Assembly (NCBI GenBank): GCA_963813335.1
Contig: CAWEYL010000001.1
Location: forward strand, 686,529 to 750,528
DNA length: 64,000 nucleotides
Direction of reading: 5' to 3'
Source of the DNA: an uncultured Chloroflexia bacterium
Lineage (GTDB): Bacteria > Chloroflexota > Limnocylindria > Limnocylindrales > CSP1-4
The translations under genes were made by a program, and so were the position numbers. This document shows positions 47,787-56,055 of this stretch, one piece after another (the first letter of the stretch is position 1; each line of letters opens with the position of its first letter). The notes below the pieces were generated by a model, which had not been told where the DNA came from, ran no database searches, and was given only the letters and a program-made list of their open reading frames with translations.

Positions 47787-49079
47787 ATGAGCGCGGCGCA
47801 CGGCGGCGGCACGGCCACCGGCCTGACCAACTGGGCGGGCAACCACGCCTACGTCGCGCGGGCGCTCCACGAGCCGGGCTCGGTGGACGAGCTCCGCGAG
47901 ATCGTGCGCCGCGGACGCTCGCTTCGGGTGCTGGGCTCGCGACATTCGTTCAACGACATCGCCGACACGACGGGCGAGCTGATCTCGCTCGCCCATCTCC
48001 CGCGGGTGTTCGAGCTCGACCGGGCGGCGAGCACGGTCACGGTCGATGGCGGCGTGCGCTACGGCGAGCTGTGCGGACCGCTGCACGCCGCCGGCTTCGC
48101 GCTCCACAACCTCGCCTCGCTCCCGCACATCTCGGTCGCCGGCGCCTGTGCGACGGCGACCCACGGATCGGGCGACCGGAACGGCAATCTCGCCACCGCG
48201 GTCACGGCCCTCGAGCTCGTGACCGCCGACGGGGGACTGGTGGCCGTGTCGCGGGCCGGCGACCCGGACACGTTCGCGGGGACCGTCGTGGGGCTGGGGT
48301 CCCTCGGGGCCGTGACGCGAGTGACCCTCCGGCTCCAGCCGACGTTCCAGGTCCGCCAGGACCTGTATGAGGACCTGCCGCTGAGCGCGGTCGCCGACCA
48401 CTTCGACGAGATCACCGCGCTGGCCGACAGCGTCAGCCTGTTCACCGAGTGGAAAGGCCCGGTCTTCGAGGAGGTCTGGCTCAAGCGCCGCGTCGAGCCG
48501 GGCGACGCCGTCGAGACGCCGCCGACGCGGTACGGGGCGAGGCGCGCGACCGTCCCGATCCACCCCATCCGGCGCATGGCGGCGGACGCCTGCACGGAGC
48601 AGCTCGGCGTCCCCGGGCCGTGGCACGAGCGCCTCCCGCACTTCCGGATGGACCACACGCCGAGCGCCGGCGCGGAGCTCCAGACCGAGTACCTCATGCC
48701 CAGGGGCTCCGCCGTCGACGCGCTGATCGCCGTCGACGGCCTGCGCGACCGGATCGCCCCGCTCCTGCAGGTCTCCGAGGTCCGCACCGTCGCCGCCGAC
48801 GACCTGTGGATGAGCACGGCGGTCGGGCGCGAGTCGGTCGCCCTGCACTTCACCTGGCAGCCGGACTGGGCGGGCGTGCGCGAGCTCCTGCCGGCGCTCG
48901 AGGCCGCCCTCGCGCCGTTCGAGCCACGGCCGCACTGGGGCAAGCTCTTCACGATGGCCCCGGACGCGGTCCGGGCCACGTACTCGAGACTGCCGACCTT
49001 CGTCGCGCTGGTCGACCAGTTCGATCCCGGGGGCACGTTCCAGAACGACTATCTGCGCCGGGTGGTGCTCGGGCGATGA
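47787..49079 (+). CDS. FAD-dependent alditol / D-arabinono-1,4-lactone oxidase family protein
   Basis: NWAGNH, LRVLGSRHSFNDIA, LASLPHISVAGACATATHGSG and the C-terminal RPHWGKLF. The ATG at 47787 sits inside the longer listed ORF. Confidence 0.82.
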   Translation: MSAAHGGGTATGLTNWAGNHAYVARALHEPGSVDELREIVRRGRSLRVLGSRHSFNDIADTTGELISLAHLPRVFELDRAASTVTVDGGVRYGELCGPLHAAGFALHNLASLPHISVAGACATATHGSGDRNGNLATAVTALELVTADGGLVAVSRAGDPDTFAGTVVGLGSLGAVTRVTLRLQPTFQVRQDLYEDLPLSAVADHFDEITALADSVSLFTEWKGPVFEEVWLKRRVEPGDAVETPPTRYGARRATVPIHPIRRMAADACTEQLGVPGPWHERLPHFRMDHTPSAGAELQTEYLMPRGSAVDALIAVDGLRDRIAPLLQVSEVRTVAADDLWMSTAVGRESVALHFTWQPDWAGVRELLPALEAALAPFEPRPHWGKLFTMAPDAVRATYSRLPTFVALVDQFDPGGTFQNDYLRRVVLGR

Positions 49080-49636
49080 GCGCGCCGGCGGACCTCCGCA
49101 TCCGACGGCTGTCGACCGCGGACGTCGGCCGCGCGGACCTGCTCGCCGCCCGCAACCTCCTCGTCTCGGCGTTCGGGCCGGGTCTGGAGGAGCGCTTCAC
49201 GACAACGGATTGGGACCACTCGCTCGGCGGGATGCACTTCCTGGCCGACATGGGCGGGTCGATCGTGGCGCACGCCTCGGTCGTCGAACGCTCGATCGAG
49301 ATCGGCGAGCTGCCGCTCCGCACCGGCTATGTCGAGGCGGTCGCGGTCGCGCCCGATCGCCAGGGCCAGGGGATCGGGTCCAGGCTGATGGAGGAGGTCG
49401 GCGCGTTCATCGACGAGCGGTTCGAGTTCGGTGTCCTGGGGACCGGCCGGCACGCGTTCTACGAGCGACTCGGCTGGACGACGTGGACGGGCCAGGCGTT
49501 CGTGCGTACCCCGTCCGGTCCGAAACGGACCCCGGACGAGGAGGGGTTCATCCTCGTCCGCTCGACCGCGTCCACGCCATCACTGGATCGAAATGCGCCC
49601 ATCAGCTGCGACTGGCGCCCGGGCGATGTCTGGTAG
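49076..49636 (+). CDS. AAC(2')-I-like aminoglycoside 2'-N-acetyltransferase family GNAT
   Basis: Colinear with my recollection of mycobacterial AAC(2')-Ic: TDWDHSLGGMH, GYVEAVAVAPDRQGQGIGSRLM, YERLGW..W.G, RTPDEEG, and the C-terminal ISCDWRPGDVW. ATGA overlap with the upstream gene. Confidence 0.8.
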   Translation: MSAPADLRIRRLSTADVGRADLLAARNLLVSAFGPGLEERFTTTDWDHSLGGMHFLADMGGSIVAHASVVERSIEIGELPLRTGYVEAVAVAPDRQGQGIGSRLMEEVGAFIDERFEFGVLGTGRHAFYERLGWTTWTGQAFVRTPSGPKRTPDEEGFILVRSTASTPSLDRNAPISCDWRPGDVW

Positions 49637-49648
49637 CAGGAGAGGATC

Positions 49649-50278
49649 GTGACCGTGTTCGTGCCCGACCTTCCGCGGCGCATCGGGGCCATCGCCGTGC
49701 CCCAGGACGATGTCTCGGCCGCCACCTGGCGGTGGGCGCACCGCGCCCTCCCGGACTACCTGCTGACGCACTCCGTGCGCGCTTACTGCTGGGGAGCGGC
49801 GATCGCGGCGGGCGAGGGCTGGGCGTTCGACGCCCAGGTCCTGTGGACGGCGTCGCTGATGCACGACTACGGGCTGACCCGGATCCCCAGGAACACGATG
49901 TGTTTCGAGGTCGAGGGGGCAGAGATCGCGCGCCGGTTCCTCGAGAAGGCCGGGATGGACCCGGAGGCTGCCGACCGCGCCGCGATCGCGATCATCCTCC
50001 ACATGGCGCCGGGCGTCGACCTGTCGGACGGCGTGGAGGCGGTCCTGCTCGACCGCTCGACGGGACTGGACGTCCGGGGCGACGGATACGACCTGGTCGA
50101 CGCGGTACGCGAGGGGGTCATGCGCGAGTTCCCGCGACGCGCGTTCGATCGCCGCTTCCTCGCGGCCATCCGGCGCGAGGCCGCGCTCCGCCCGACCTGC
50201 CAGAGCGCGCGACTGCTGCACCAGGCCGATCTCGCCGGCTGGATGGCCCGCTCTCCCTGGGCGGCCGAACGGCGCTAG
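49649..50278 (+). CDS. HD domain protein
   Basis: THSVRAYCWG....(H)...LWTASLMHDYGL (HD motif); 209 aa. GTG follows AGGAGAGG. Confidence 0.7.
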   Translation: MTVFVPDLPRRIGAIAVPQDDVSAATWRWAHRALPDYLLTHSVRAYCWGAAIAAGEGWAFDAQVLWTASLMHDYGLTRIPRNTMCFEVEGAEIARRFLEKAGMDPEAADRAAIAIILHMAPGVDLSDGVEAVLLDRSTGLDVRGDGYDLVDAVREGVMREFPRRAFDRRFLAAIRREAALRPTCQSARLLHQADLAGWMARSPWAAERR

Positions 50279-50306
50279 CCCACCGACCGGTGCACAATGG
50301 CGCGCG

Positions 50307-52280
50307 ATGAGCGAGGCCACCTCTCCCGTGGACGACGCGACCGGTGATCTGCTGAAGGCCGGACGGGACGCGCTGGTTCGGCACGAATGGGCCGAGGCAT
50401 ACGACCGGCTGACCGAAGCGGACGCCGCCGGCGCGCTGTCCGGCGAGGACCTGGAGCGCCTCGGCCAGGCCGCGTTCTTCGTCGCCAAGGCCGACATCGA
50501 GCGCGAGGTCAAGGAGCGTGCCTTCAAGGTCTACGAGGGGGCGGGCAACCAGATCCGCGCGGCCTACATCGCCCTCGATCTCGCCCGTGACTATGCGTTC
50601 TCGGGCAACCACGCCATCTCGACGGTCTGGGTCCGGCGGGCCGAGCGGATCCTCGGGCCGGACGGGGACACCTACGCCCACGGCTACCTGGCCCTGATCA
50701 AGAGCCTCGGCGCGGGCAGCAGTGGCGACATGGACGCCGCCGTCGCCCTCGCCGAGCGGGCGATCGAGATCGGTGAAGGCGCCGCCGACGCCGACCTCAA
50801 GGCGTTCGGGCTGATCAACATGGGGTCGCTCAAGATCGCCAACGGGGATACGAGCGATGGCATCGCCCTCATGGAGGAAGCATCCATCGCCGCGGTGAAC
50901 GGCGAGCTGTCGCCCTTCACGACCGGGGTCACGGCCTGCTCGATGATCAGCGCCTGCCGCGACCTCAACGACTACCGGCGGGCGAACGAGTGGATCGAGG
51001 CGACCGAGCGCTACTGCCATCGCCAAGCGCTCTCCGGCTTCCCGGGCATCTGCAAGATCCATCGCGCCGAGATCGCGGCCGTCGGGGGCGCCTGGGAGCG
51101 GGCGGAGCAGGACCTCGAGAAGGCCACCAGCGAGCTCGGCGCCTTCAACGCCACGCCGCCGCAGGCGGACGGCTTCTACGCGATCGGCGACATCCGCCGG
51201 CTGCGTGGCGACTTCGCGGGCGCCGAGGCGGCGCTTCGTGAGGCGCATGCCCGGGGCCGCTCGCCGCAGCCCGCCCTCGCGCTGATCCGCCTGGCCGAGG
51301 GCAAGGTCAAGGCGGCGATGACCGCCATCGATGCCGCGGTCGCCGAGCGCGGCTGGGACCGCTGGGCGAAGGCGCGCCTCTACCCCGCGCAGGCCGAGAT
51401 CGCGATCGCGGCCGGCGACCTCGCCGTCGCACGGGTCGCGGTCGATGCCCTCAACGAGACCGTGGCCTCGTATCCGTCGCCCGCGCTCGAGGCCGGGCGG
51501 CAGGCGACGCTGGGTCGCGTGCTGCTGGCGGAGGGCGACGCCGCGGGGGCCGCCGAGGCGCTGCGCAGCTCGATCCGCGGCTGGCGCGAGGTCGGCTCGC
51601 CGTACGAGGTCGCCCGCGCCCGGGCGGTCCTGTCGCGGGCGCTGCGGACCGTCGGCGACGACGACGATGCGGAGCTCGAGCTCGATGCCGCGCTGGACGA
51701 CTTCCGCCGGCTCGGGGCCCGCGTCGACATCGAGACCGCGGAGCGCGAGCTGCGCGATGCCGAGGACCGGCGCAGCGGCCCGGTCTCGGCGCGGATGACG
51801 TTCATGTTCACCGACATCGTCGGGTCGACGAACCTGGCAGAGGCGCTCGGCGACCAGGCCTGGGAGCGGCTCCTGCGCTGGCACGACGACATGCTCCGCA
51901 AGGTGATCACGGCCGGGGGAGGGGTCATCGTCAACTCGACCGGCGACGGGTTCTTCGCGGCGTTCACCTCGGCCAGGGCCGCGGTCGATGCCGGGATCGC
52001 CATCCAGCGCGCCCTTCGCGAGCAGCGCGACGCCAGCGGCTTCGCCATCGCCGTCCGCATCGGGCTCCATACCGCCGACGCCAACCGTCGCGGCGACGAC
52101 TACAGCGGCAAGGGCGTCCATGTGGCCGCGAGGGTCGCGGGGGAAGCCACGGGCGGCGAGATCATCGCCACGACCGACACGCTCGACGAGGCGGGCGACG
52201 TCCGCGCCGGGCCGCCGACGCCGACCGCCCTGAAGGGCGTCACCGAGCCGGTCTCGCTCGCCCGCATCGACTGGAGCTGA
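50307..52280 (+). CDS. class III adenylate/guanylate cyclase with N-terminal TPR-like helical repeat domain
   Basis: C-terminal catalytic domain RMTFMFTDIVGSTNLAE...NSTGDGFFAAF...IRIGLHTA.......DYSGKGVHVAARV. The N-terminal ~480 aa is helical-repeat rich. Confidence 0.85.
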   Translation: MSEATSPVDDATGDLLKAGRDALVRHEWAEAYDRLTEADAAGALSGEDLERLGQAAFFVAKADIEREVKERAFKVYEGAGNQIRAAYIALDLARDYAFSGNHAISTVWVRRAERILGPDGDTYAHGYLALIKSLGAGSSGDMDAAVALAERAIEIGEGAADADLKAFGLINMGSLKIANGDTSDGIALMEEASIAAVNGELSPFTTGVTACSMISACRDLNDYRRANEWIEATERYCHRQALSGFPGICKIHRAEIAAVGGAWERAEQDLEKATSELGAFNATPPQADGFYAIGDIRRLRGDFAGAEAALREAHARGRSPQPALALIRLAEGKVKAAMTAIDAAVAERGWDRWAKARLYPAQAEIAIAAGDLAVARVAVDALNETVASYPSPALEAGRQATLGRVLLAEGDAAGAAEALRSSIRGWREVGSPYEVARARAVLSRALRTVGDDDDAELELDAALDDFRRLGARVDIETAERELRDAEDRRSGPVSARMTFMFTDIVGSTNLAEALGDQAWERLLRWHDDMLRKVITAGGGVIVNSTGDGFFAAFTSARAAVDAGIAIQRALREQRDASGFAIAVRIGLHTADANRRGDDYSGKGVHVAARVAGEATGGEIIATTDTLDEAGDVRAGPPTPTALKGVTEPVSLARIDWS

Positions 52281-52289
52281 CCGGTCCGC

Positions 52290-53477
52290 ATGCGCGCGGG
52301 CCGGTCGCGGGCGATCGCCATCGCCTCCATCGCCGTCGCCGTCGCCGTCGGCTGCGCGCCGGTGGACCCGAGCCCGGCGCCATCCGCGCCATACGCGCCA
52401 TCCGCGATCCCTAGTACCCGTCCGTCGCCGTCTGCCGCGCTCGCATCGCCGTCGCCGTCACCGAGCGCCCGGTCCACCGCGCCGACCGTGGCCCAGCTGA
52501 TCGGTCAGAAGCTGGTGATCCGGATCGGCGGCACGACCGCGTCGCCGGCGGTCCTCCAGCGGATCCAGCGCGGCGAGGTGGGCGGGGTGATCCTCTTCGG
52601 GCCGAACATCGGCACCCCGGCCGCGCTGCGGGCGCTCACGGACGCCCTCCAGGCGGCAGCCGCCAAGGGCCGCCAGCCGCCCCTCCTGATCGCGGTCGAC
52701 CAGGAGGGTGGCGAGATCACCCGGATCCCGTGGGCTCCGCCGACCCTCACGCCCGCCGAGATGGGACGCGACGGCCGTCCCTCGGTCGCGCACGACCAGG
52801 GGCTCGCGACGGCGACGGCGCTCCACGACCTCGGCATCAACGTGGACTTCGCGCCGGTGGCCGACGTCCCGACCGGTCCGACCTCGTTCATGGAGGCGGC
52901 CGGCCGCACGTTCTCGATGTCGTCGGCGACCGTCTCGGACCTCGCCGACGCCTTCGCCGCAGGTCTCGAGGAGGGCGGCGTCCTCCCGTCCATGAAGCAC
53001 TTCCCGGGGATCGGCCCGGCGACGCGGAACACCGACGATGCCGTGGTCGTGATCGATGCCTCGGCGGAGGAGCTGGACGCCGGCCTGCTGCCGTACCAGA
53101 CCGCCATCGGCGAGCGGATCCCGCTGGTCATGCTCTCGAACGCCACCTATCCCGCGTACGACGCGGATGACGCCGCTGGCTGGTCGCGCGCCATCGGCAT
53201 CACCCTCCTGCGCGACGAGATGGGCTTCGCGGGCGTGACCATCACGGACTCGCTCGACGGCACCGCCAAGGCGCGCGGCCTCGCCAGCGCGGACCTGGCC
53301 GAGCAGGCCGCCCGTGCCGGCACGGACCTGTTGCTGCTGACCGGATCGGAGGCGACGTCGGCCGGCACCTTCCAGCGGCTCGTCCGCGAGGCGACCGCCG
53401 GCGACATCGACCAGGCGACCCTGCTGGCGTCGTACGACCGGATCCTCGCGCTGAAGGCGGGGCTGTCGCCCGCCTAG
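52290..53477 (+). CDS. glycoside hydrolase family 3 N-terminal domain lipoprotein (NagZ-like beta-N-acetylhexosaminidase)
   Basis: Lipobox AVAVGCAP; GGVILFGPNI, IAVDQEGG.ITRI, NVDFAPVADV and KHFPGIG motifs. Confidence 0.82.
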   Translation: MRAGRSRAIAIASIAVAVAVGCAPVDPSPAPSAPYAPSAIPSTRPSPSAALASPSPSPSARSTAPTVAQLIGQKLVIRIGGTTASPAVLQRIQRGEVGGVILFGPNIGTPAALRALTDALQAAAAKGRQPPLLIAVDQEGGEITRIPWAPPTLTPAEMGRDGRPSVAHDQGLATATALHDLGINVDFAPVADVPTGPTSFMEAAGRTFSMSSATVSDLADAFAAGLEEGGVLPSMKHFPGIGPATRNTDDAVVVIDASAEELDAGLLPYQTAIGERIPLVMLSNATYPAYDADDAAGWSRAIGITLLRDEMGFAGVTITDSLDGTAKARGLASADLAEQAARAGTDLLLLTGSEATSAGTFQRLVREATAGDIDQATLLASYDRILALKAGLSPA

Positions 53478-53502
53478 CTCGAGCGGAGCGGGTCCGCGAC
53501 CG
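53421..53502. repeat. direct repeat copy 1 (3' end of GH3 gene plus relic 3' end of a minus-strand gene)
   Basis: About 82 nt matching 53774-53855 with about 5 mismatches; the first 51 nt are identical. Confidence 0.9.
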
Positions 53503-53773
53503 TATCCCGGGCGATCCGCACGACCGCCCTCGACATGCGGCTCATCCATAGCCCACGCTCAAGCGCGCCGACATGCCCACGATGACGCGTCTTGGGAACG
53601 GCCGCGACCAGCGTCTCCCGCACGAGTCACCGTTGATCGGCCGTCGGGCGGGTCGGATCGAAGGCTTATCGGATCCGTTCGCCAGATCTCATGAATGGCA
53701 GTCATATCCGTCGAGCGAAGGGATGTCCAGGCCCGCGGATGACCCCGGGCATCCGCCGCTGACTGGCCGGGCG

Positions 53774-53855
53774 CTGCTGGCGTCGTACGACCGGATCCTC
53801 GCGCTGAAGGCGGGGCTGTCGCCCGGCTAGCTGGAGCGGAGCAGGTCCTCGAACG
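53774..53855. repeat. direct repeat copy 2 (relic 3' end of GH3 gene plus true 3' end of FMN reductase gene)
   Basis: Same as copy 1, offset by 353 bp. It encodes ...LLASYDRILALKAGLSPG* on the plus strand and ...PFEDLLRSS* on the minus strand. Confidence 0.9.
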
Positions 53856-54456
53856 GCACCGGGTCCGTGAACGGGTCGCGCGGCGCGCCGGGCACCGTCG
53901 CGGCCATCGCCGCGGCCAGCTCGCGTGCCGCGCGCTCGATGCGGTCGACGAGGCGACCGTCGGCGGCCACGGCGCCTTCCCCCCAGTCCTCGGTCGCGGC
54001 GTAGACCGCCGTCGGGACCGTGGCGGCGTTGAGGTACGCGAACAGCGGTCGCACGGCGTGCTCGAGGGCCAGCGAATGGCGGGCCGTGCCGCCGGTCGCG
54101 GCGATCAGGACGGGCTTCCCGGCGAACCCGCCCCGCTCGATCACGTCGAAGAACATCTTGAACAGGCCGCTGTACGAGGCGCTGAAGATGGGTGTCACGG
54201 CCACCAGCCCGTCTGCCGCCAGGACGGCGTCGGTCGCCGCCCGCAGGCTCGGGCTCGAGAAGCCGGTCAGCAGGTGATCGGTCAGGTCGTGCGCATGGGC
54301 GCGCAGCTCGACCACCTCGACCACGGGCTCGATGCCCGCGGCACGCAGGTCCCGCTCGGTCGCGGCCGCGATCCGGTCGGCGAGCAGCCGGGTCGAGGAC
54401 GGCTGTCCGAGCCCGGCGCTGACGACGACCAGCGAGCGGTGCCGACCGTCGCTCAT
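53827..54456 (-). CDS. NAD(P)H-dependent FMN reductase
   Basis: LVVVSAGLGQPSSTRLLA...DGLVAVTPIFSASYSGLFKMFFD.....F.GKPVLIAATGGTARH is the flavodoxin-like FMN_red pattern. ATGA-coupled to the upstream LLM gene. Confidence 0.85.
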   Translation of the reverse strand: MSDGRHRSLVVVSAGLGQPSSTRLLADRIAAATERDLRAAGIEPVVEVVELRAHAHDLTDHLLTGFSSPSLRAATDAVLAADGLVAVTPIFSASYSGLFKMFFDVIERGGFAGKPVLIAATGGTARHSLALEHAVRPLFAYLNAATVPTAVYAATEDWGEGAVAADGRLVDRIERAARELAAAMAATVPGAPRDPFTDPVPFEDLLRSS

Positions 54457-55577
54457 GCCGGGACCGGCTCCGCGAGACGGTCCGCCGCATCGGCCCCGAC
54501 GACGGGGGCCGCGACGCGCGGATGCAGCGGCGCGTCGGGGACGTGCGCGGGGCGTCCGATCGCGAACTCCCGGCGCAGGACGGGGACCACGAGCTCGCCC
54601 AGCATCTCCAGCTGGTGGAGGGCCTCCTCGAGCGGCAAGCCCGCGTGATCCACCAGGAAGAGCTGGCGCTGGTAGTCGCCCACGACGTCGCGGAACGCGA
54701 GCGTGCGGTCGATGACCTCCTGCGGGCTCCCGACGGTCAACGGTGTCTGGGCCATGTAGTCCTCGAGCGAGGGTCCGCCGCCGTAGACCGGGGCGTGGTC
54801 GAAGTATGGCCGGAACGTCCGGATCGCCTCCTGGGAGTCCGCGCGCATGAAGACCTGGCCCCCGAGGCCCACGATCGCCTGGTCGGCCGGCCCATGCTCG
54901 TAGTGCTCGTAGCGCTGGCGGTACAGCGCCACCATGCGCTGGACGTGCTCCTTCGGCCAGAAGATGTTGTTGTGGAAGAACCCGTCGCCGTAGTAGGCCG
55001 CCTGCTCGGCGATCTCCGGACTGCGGATCGAGCCGTGCCAGACGAACGGCGGGACGCCGTCGAGCGGCCGTGGCGTCGCGGTAAATCCGGTCAGCGGCGT
55101 GCGGAACTTGCCCTGCCAGTCCACGACGTCCTCGCGCCACAGGCGGTGGAGCAGGGCGTAGTTCTCGTAGGCCAGCGCGATCCCGTCGCGGATGTCCTGG
55201 CCGAACCACGGGTAGACCGGGCCCATGTTGCCGCGACCCAGCATCAGGTCGACCCGGCCGCCGGCCAGGTGCTGGAGCATCGCGTAGTCCTCGGCGATCT
55301 TCACCGGGTCGTTGGTGGTGATCAGGGTCGTCGCGGTCGAGAGGACCAGCCGCTCGGTCTTCGCGGCGATGTAGCCCAGCATCGTCGTGGGTGAGGAGGG
55401 GACGAACGGCGGGTTGTGGTGCTCGCCGGTCGCGAACACGTCGAGCCCGACCTCCTCCGCCTTGAGCGCGATGGCGACCATCGCCTGGACGCGCTCCGCA
55501 TCCGTCGGCGTTCGACCCGTGAGCGGGTCCATCGTCACGTCGCCGACCGTGAAGACCCCGAATTGCATCTGTGCCAT
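54453..55577 (-). CDS. LLM-class (luciferase-like) flavin-dependent oxidoreductase
   Basis: MQFGVFTVGDV.......ER....V..A...EE.GLDVFATGEHH......SSP...L.YIAAKTERL.LSTA.T...TNDPVKIAEDYA.L.HL..GR.DLMLGRGN. The ATG at 55577 sits inside the listed ORF. Confidence 0.85.
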   Translation of the reverse strand: MAQMQFGVFTVGDVTMDPLTGRTPTDAERVQAMVAIALKAEEVGLDVFATGEHHNPPFVPSSPTTMLGYIAAKTERLVLSTATTLITTNDPVKIAEDYAMLQHLAGGRVDLMLGRGNMGPVYPWFGQDIRDGIALAYENYALLHRLWREDVVDWQGKFRTPLTGFTATPRPLDGVPPFVWHGSIRSPEIAEQAAYYGDGFFHNNIFWPKEHVQRMVALYRQRYEHYEHGPADQAIVGLGGQVFMRADSQEAIRTFRPYFDHAPVYGGGPSLEDYMAQTPLTVGSPQEVIDRTLAFRDVVGDYQRQLFLVDHAGLPLEEALHQLEMLGELVVPVLRREFAIGRPAHVPDAPLHPRVAAPVVGADAADRLAEPVPA

Positions 55578-55583
55578 GCCCGG

Positions 55584-55616
55584 AGTGTACACGATTGATA
55601 GTTGCATGTGCAACTA
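55584..55616 (-). promoter_or_regulatory. promoter (TTGCAC-18 nt-TACACT) overlapped by perfect palindromic operator TAGTTGCA-TG-TGCAACTA; leaderless geometry
   Basis: On the minus strand the -35 is at 55613-55608 and the -10 at 55589-55584. The -10 ends 6 nt before the LLM ATG (55577) and no SD is present. The palindrome at 55599-55616 covers the -35. The patch is AT-rich. Confidence 0.5.
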
Positions 55617-55736
55617 CTTGCGTCCGACCACGACCCGGGGTGGTCCGAAGGTCCGGCTGGTCAACGGGACCGGCGACGCGCGACCATGACAGCCCGCCGC
55701 TGCGACCCCCATCCCTGTCTGCTGGAGGAACCCCCG

Positions 55737-55916
55737 ATGATCCGAGGACCACGGAGCCTGGGTGACCCGTTCGAAGGCCGAGGGGCGCAGCGCACGCGCG
55801 TCCGCCTGCGCATCGAGGGCGTCATCGCGTTGACCCTCGCGGTCGCCGCGTTCAGCATCGCCCTGGCCCTCTGGGTCGGCACGCTCGCGCCGTTCGTGGT
55901 CCGCCTCGCGCACTGA
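55737..55916 (+). CDS. possible 59-aa single-TM protein
   Basis: ATG 55737 lies 7 nt after GGAGGA. There is a C-terminal hydrophobic helix (VIALTLAVAAFSIALALWVGTLAPFVV). No homology support. Confidence 0.35.
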   Translation: MIRGPRSLGDPFEGRGAQRTRVRLRIEGVIALTLAVAAFSIALALWVGTLAPFVVRLAH

Positions 55917-56055
55917 CGGCCGTCGGGCGCGGCGCCCACGCCGGCCCGCGTCAGACCCGTGCGAGATGGCGAGGCGTGCCCGAGACGCGCCATGACGCCG
56001 CCGTCGTACCGTGGAGCGGACCGGGACGGACCGGATCGCTCGCGGAGGGGAGACG

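Noticed and set aside
53573-53830. 85-aa plus-strand ORF inside the repeat-flanked insert.
   Set aside because: Its C-terminus is simply the duplicated relic of the GH3 gene end (LLASYDRILALKAGLSPG). The remainder has no coding signature or RBS.
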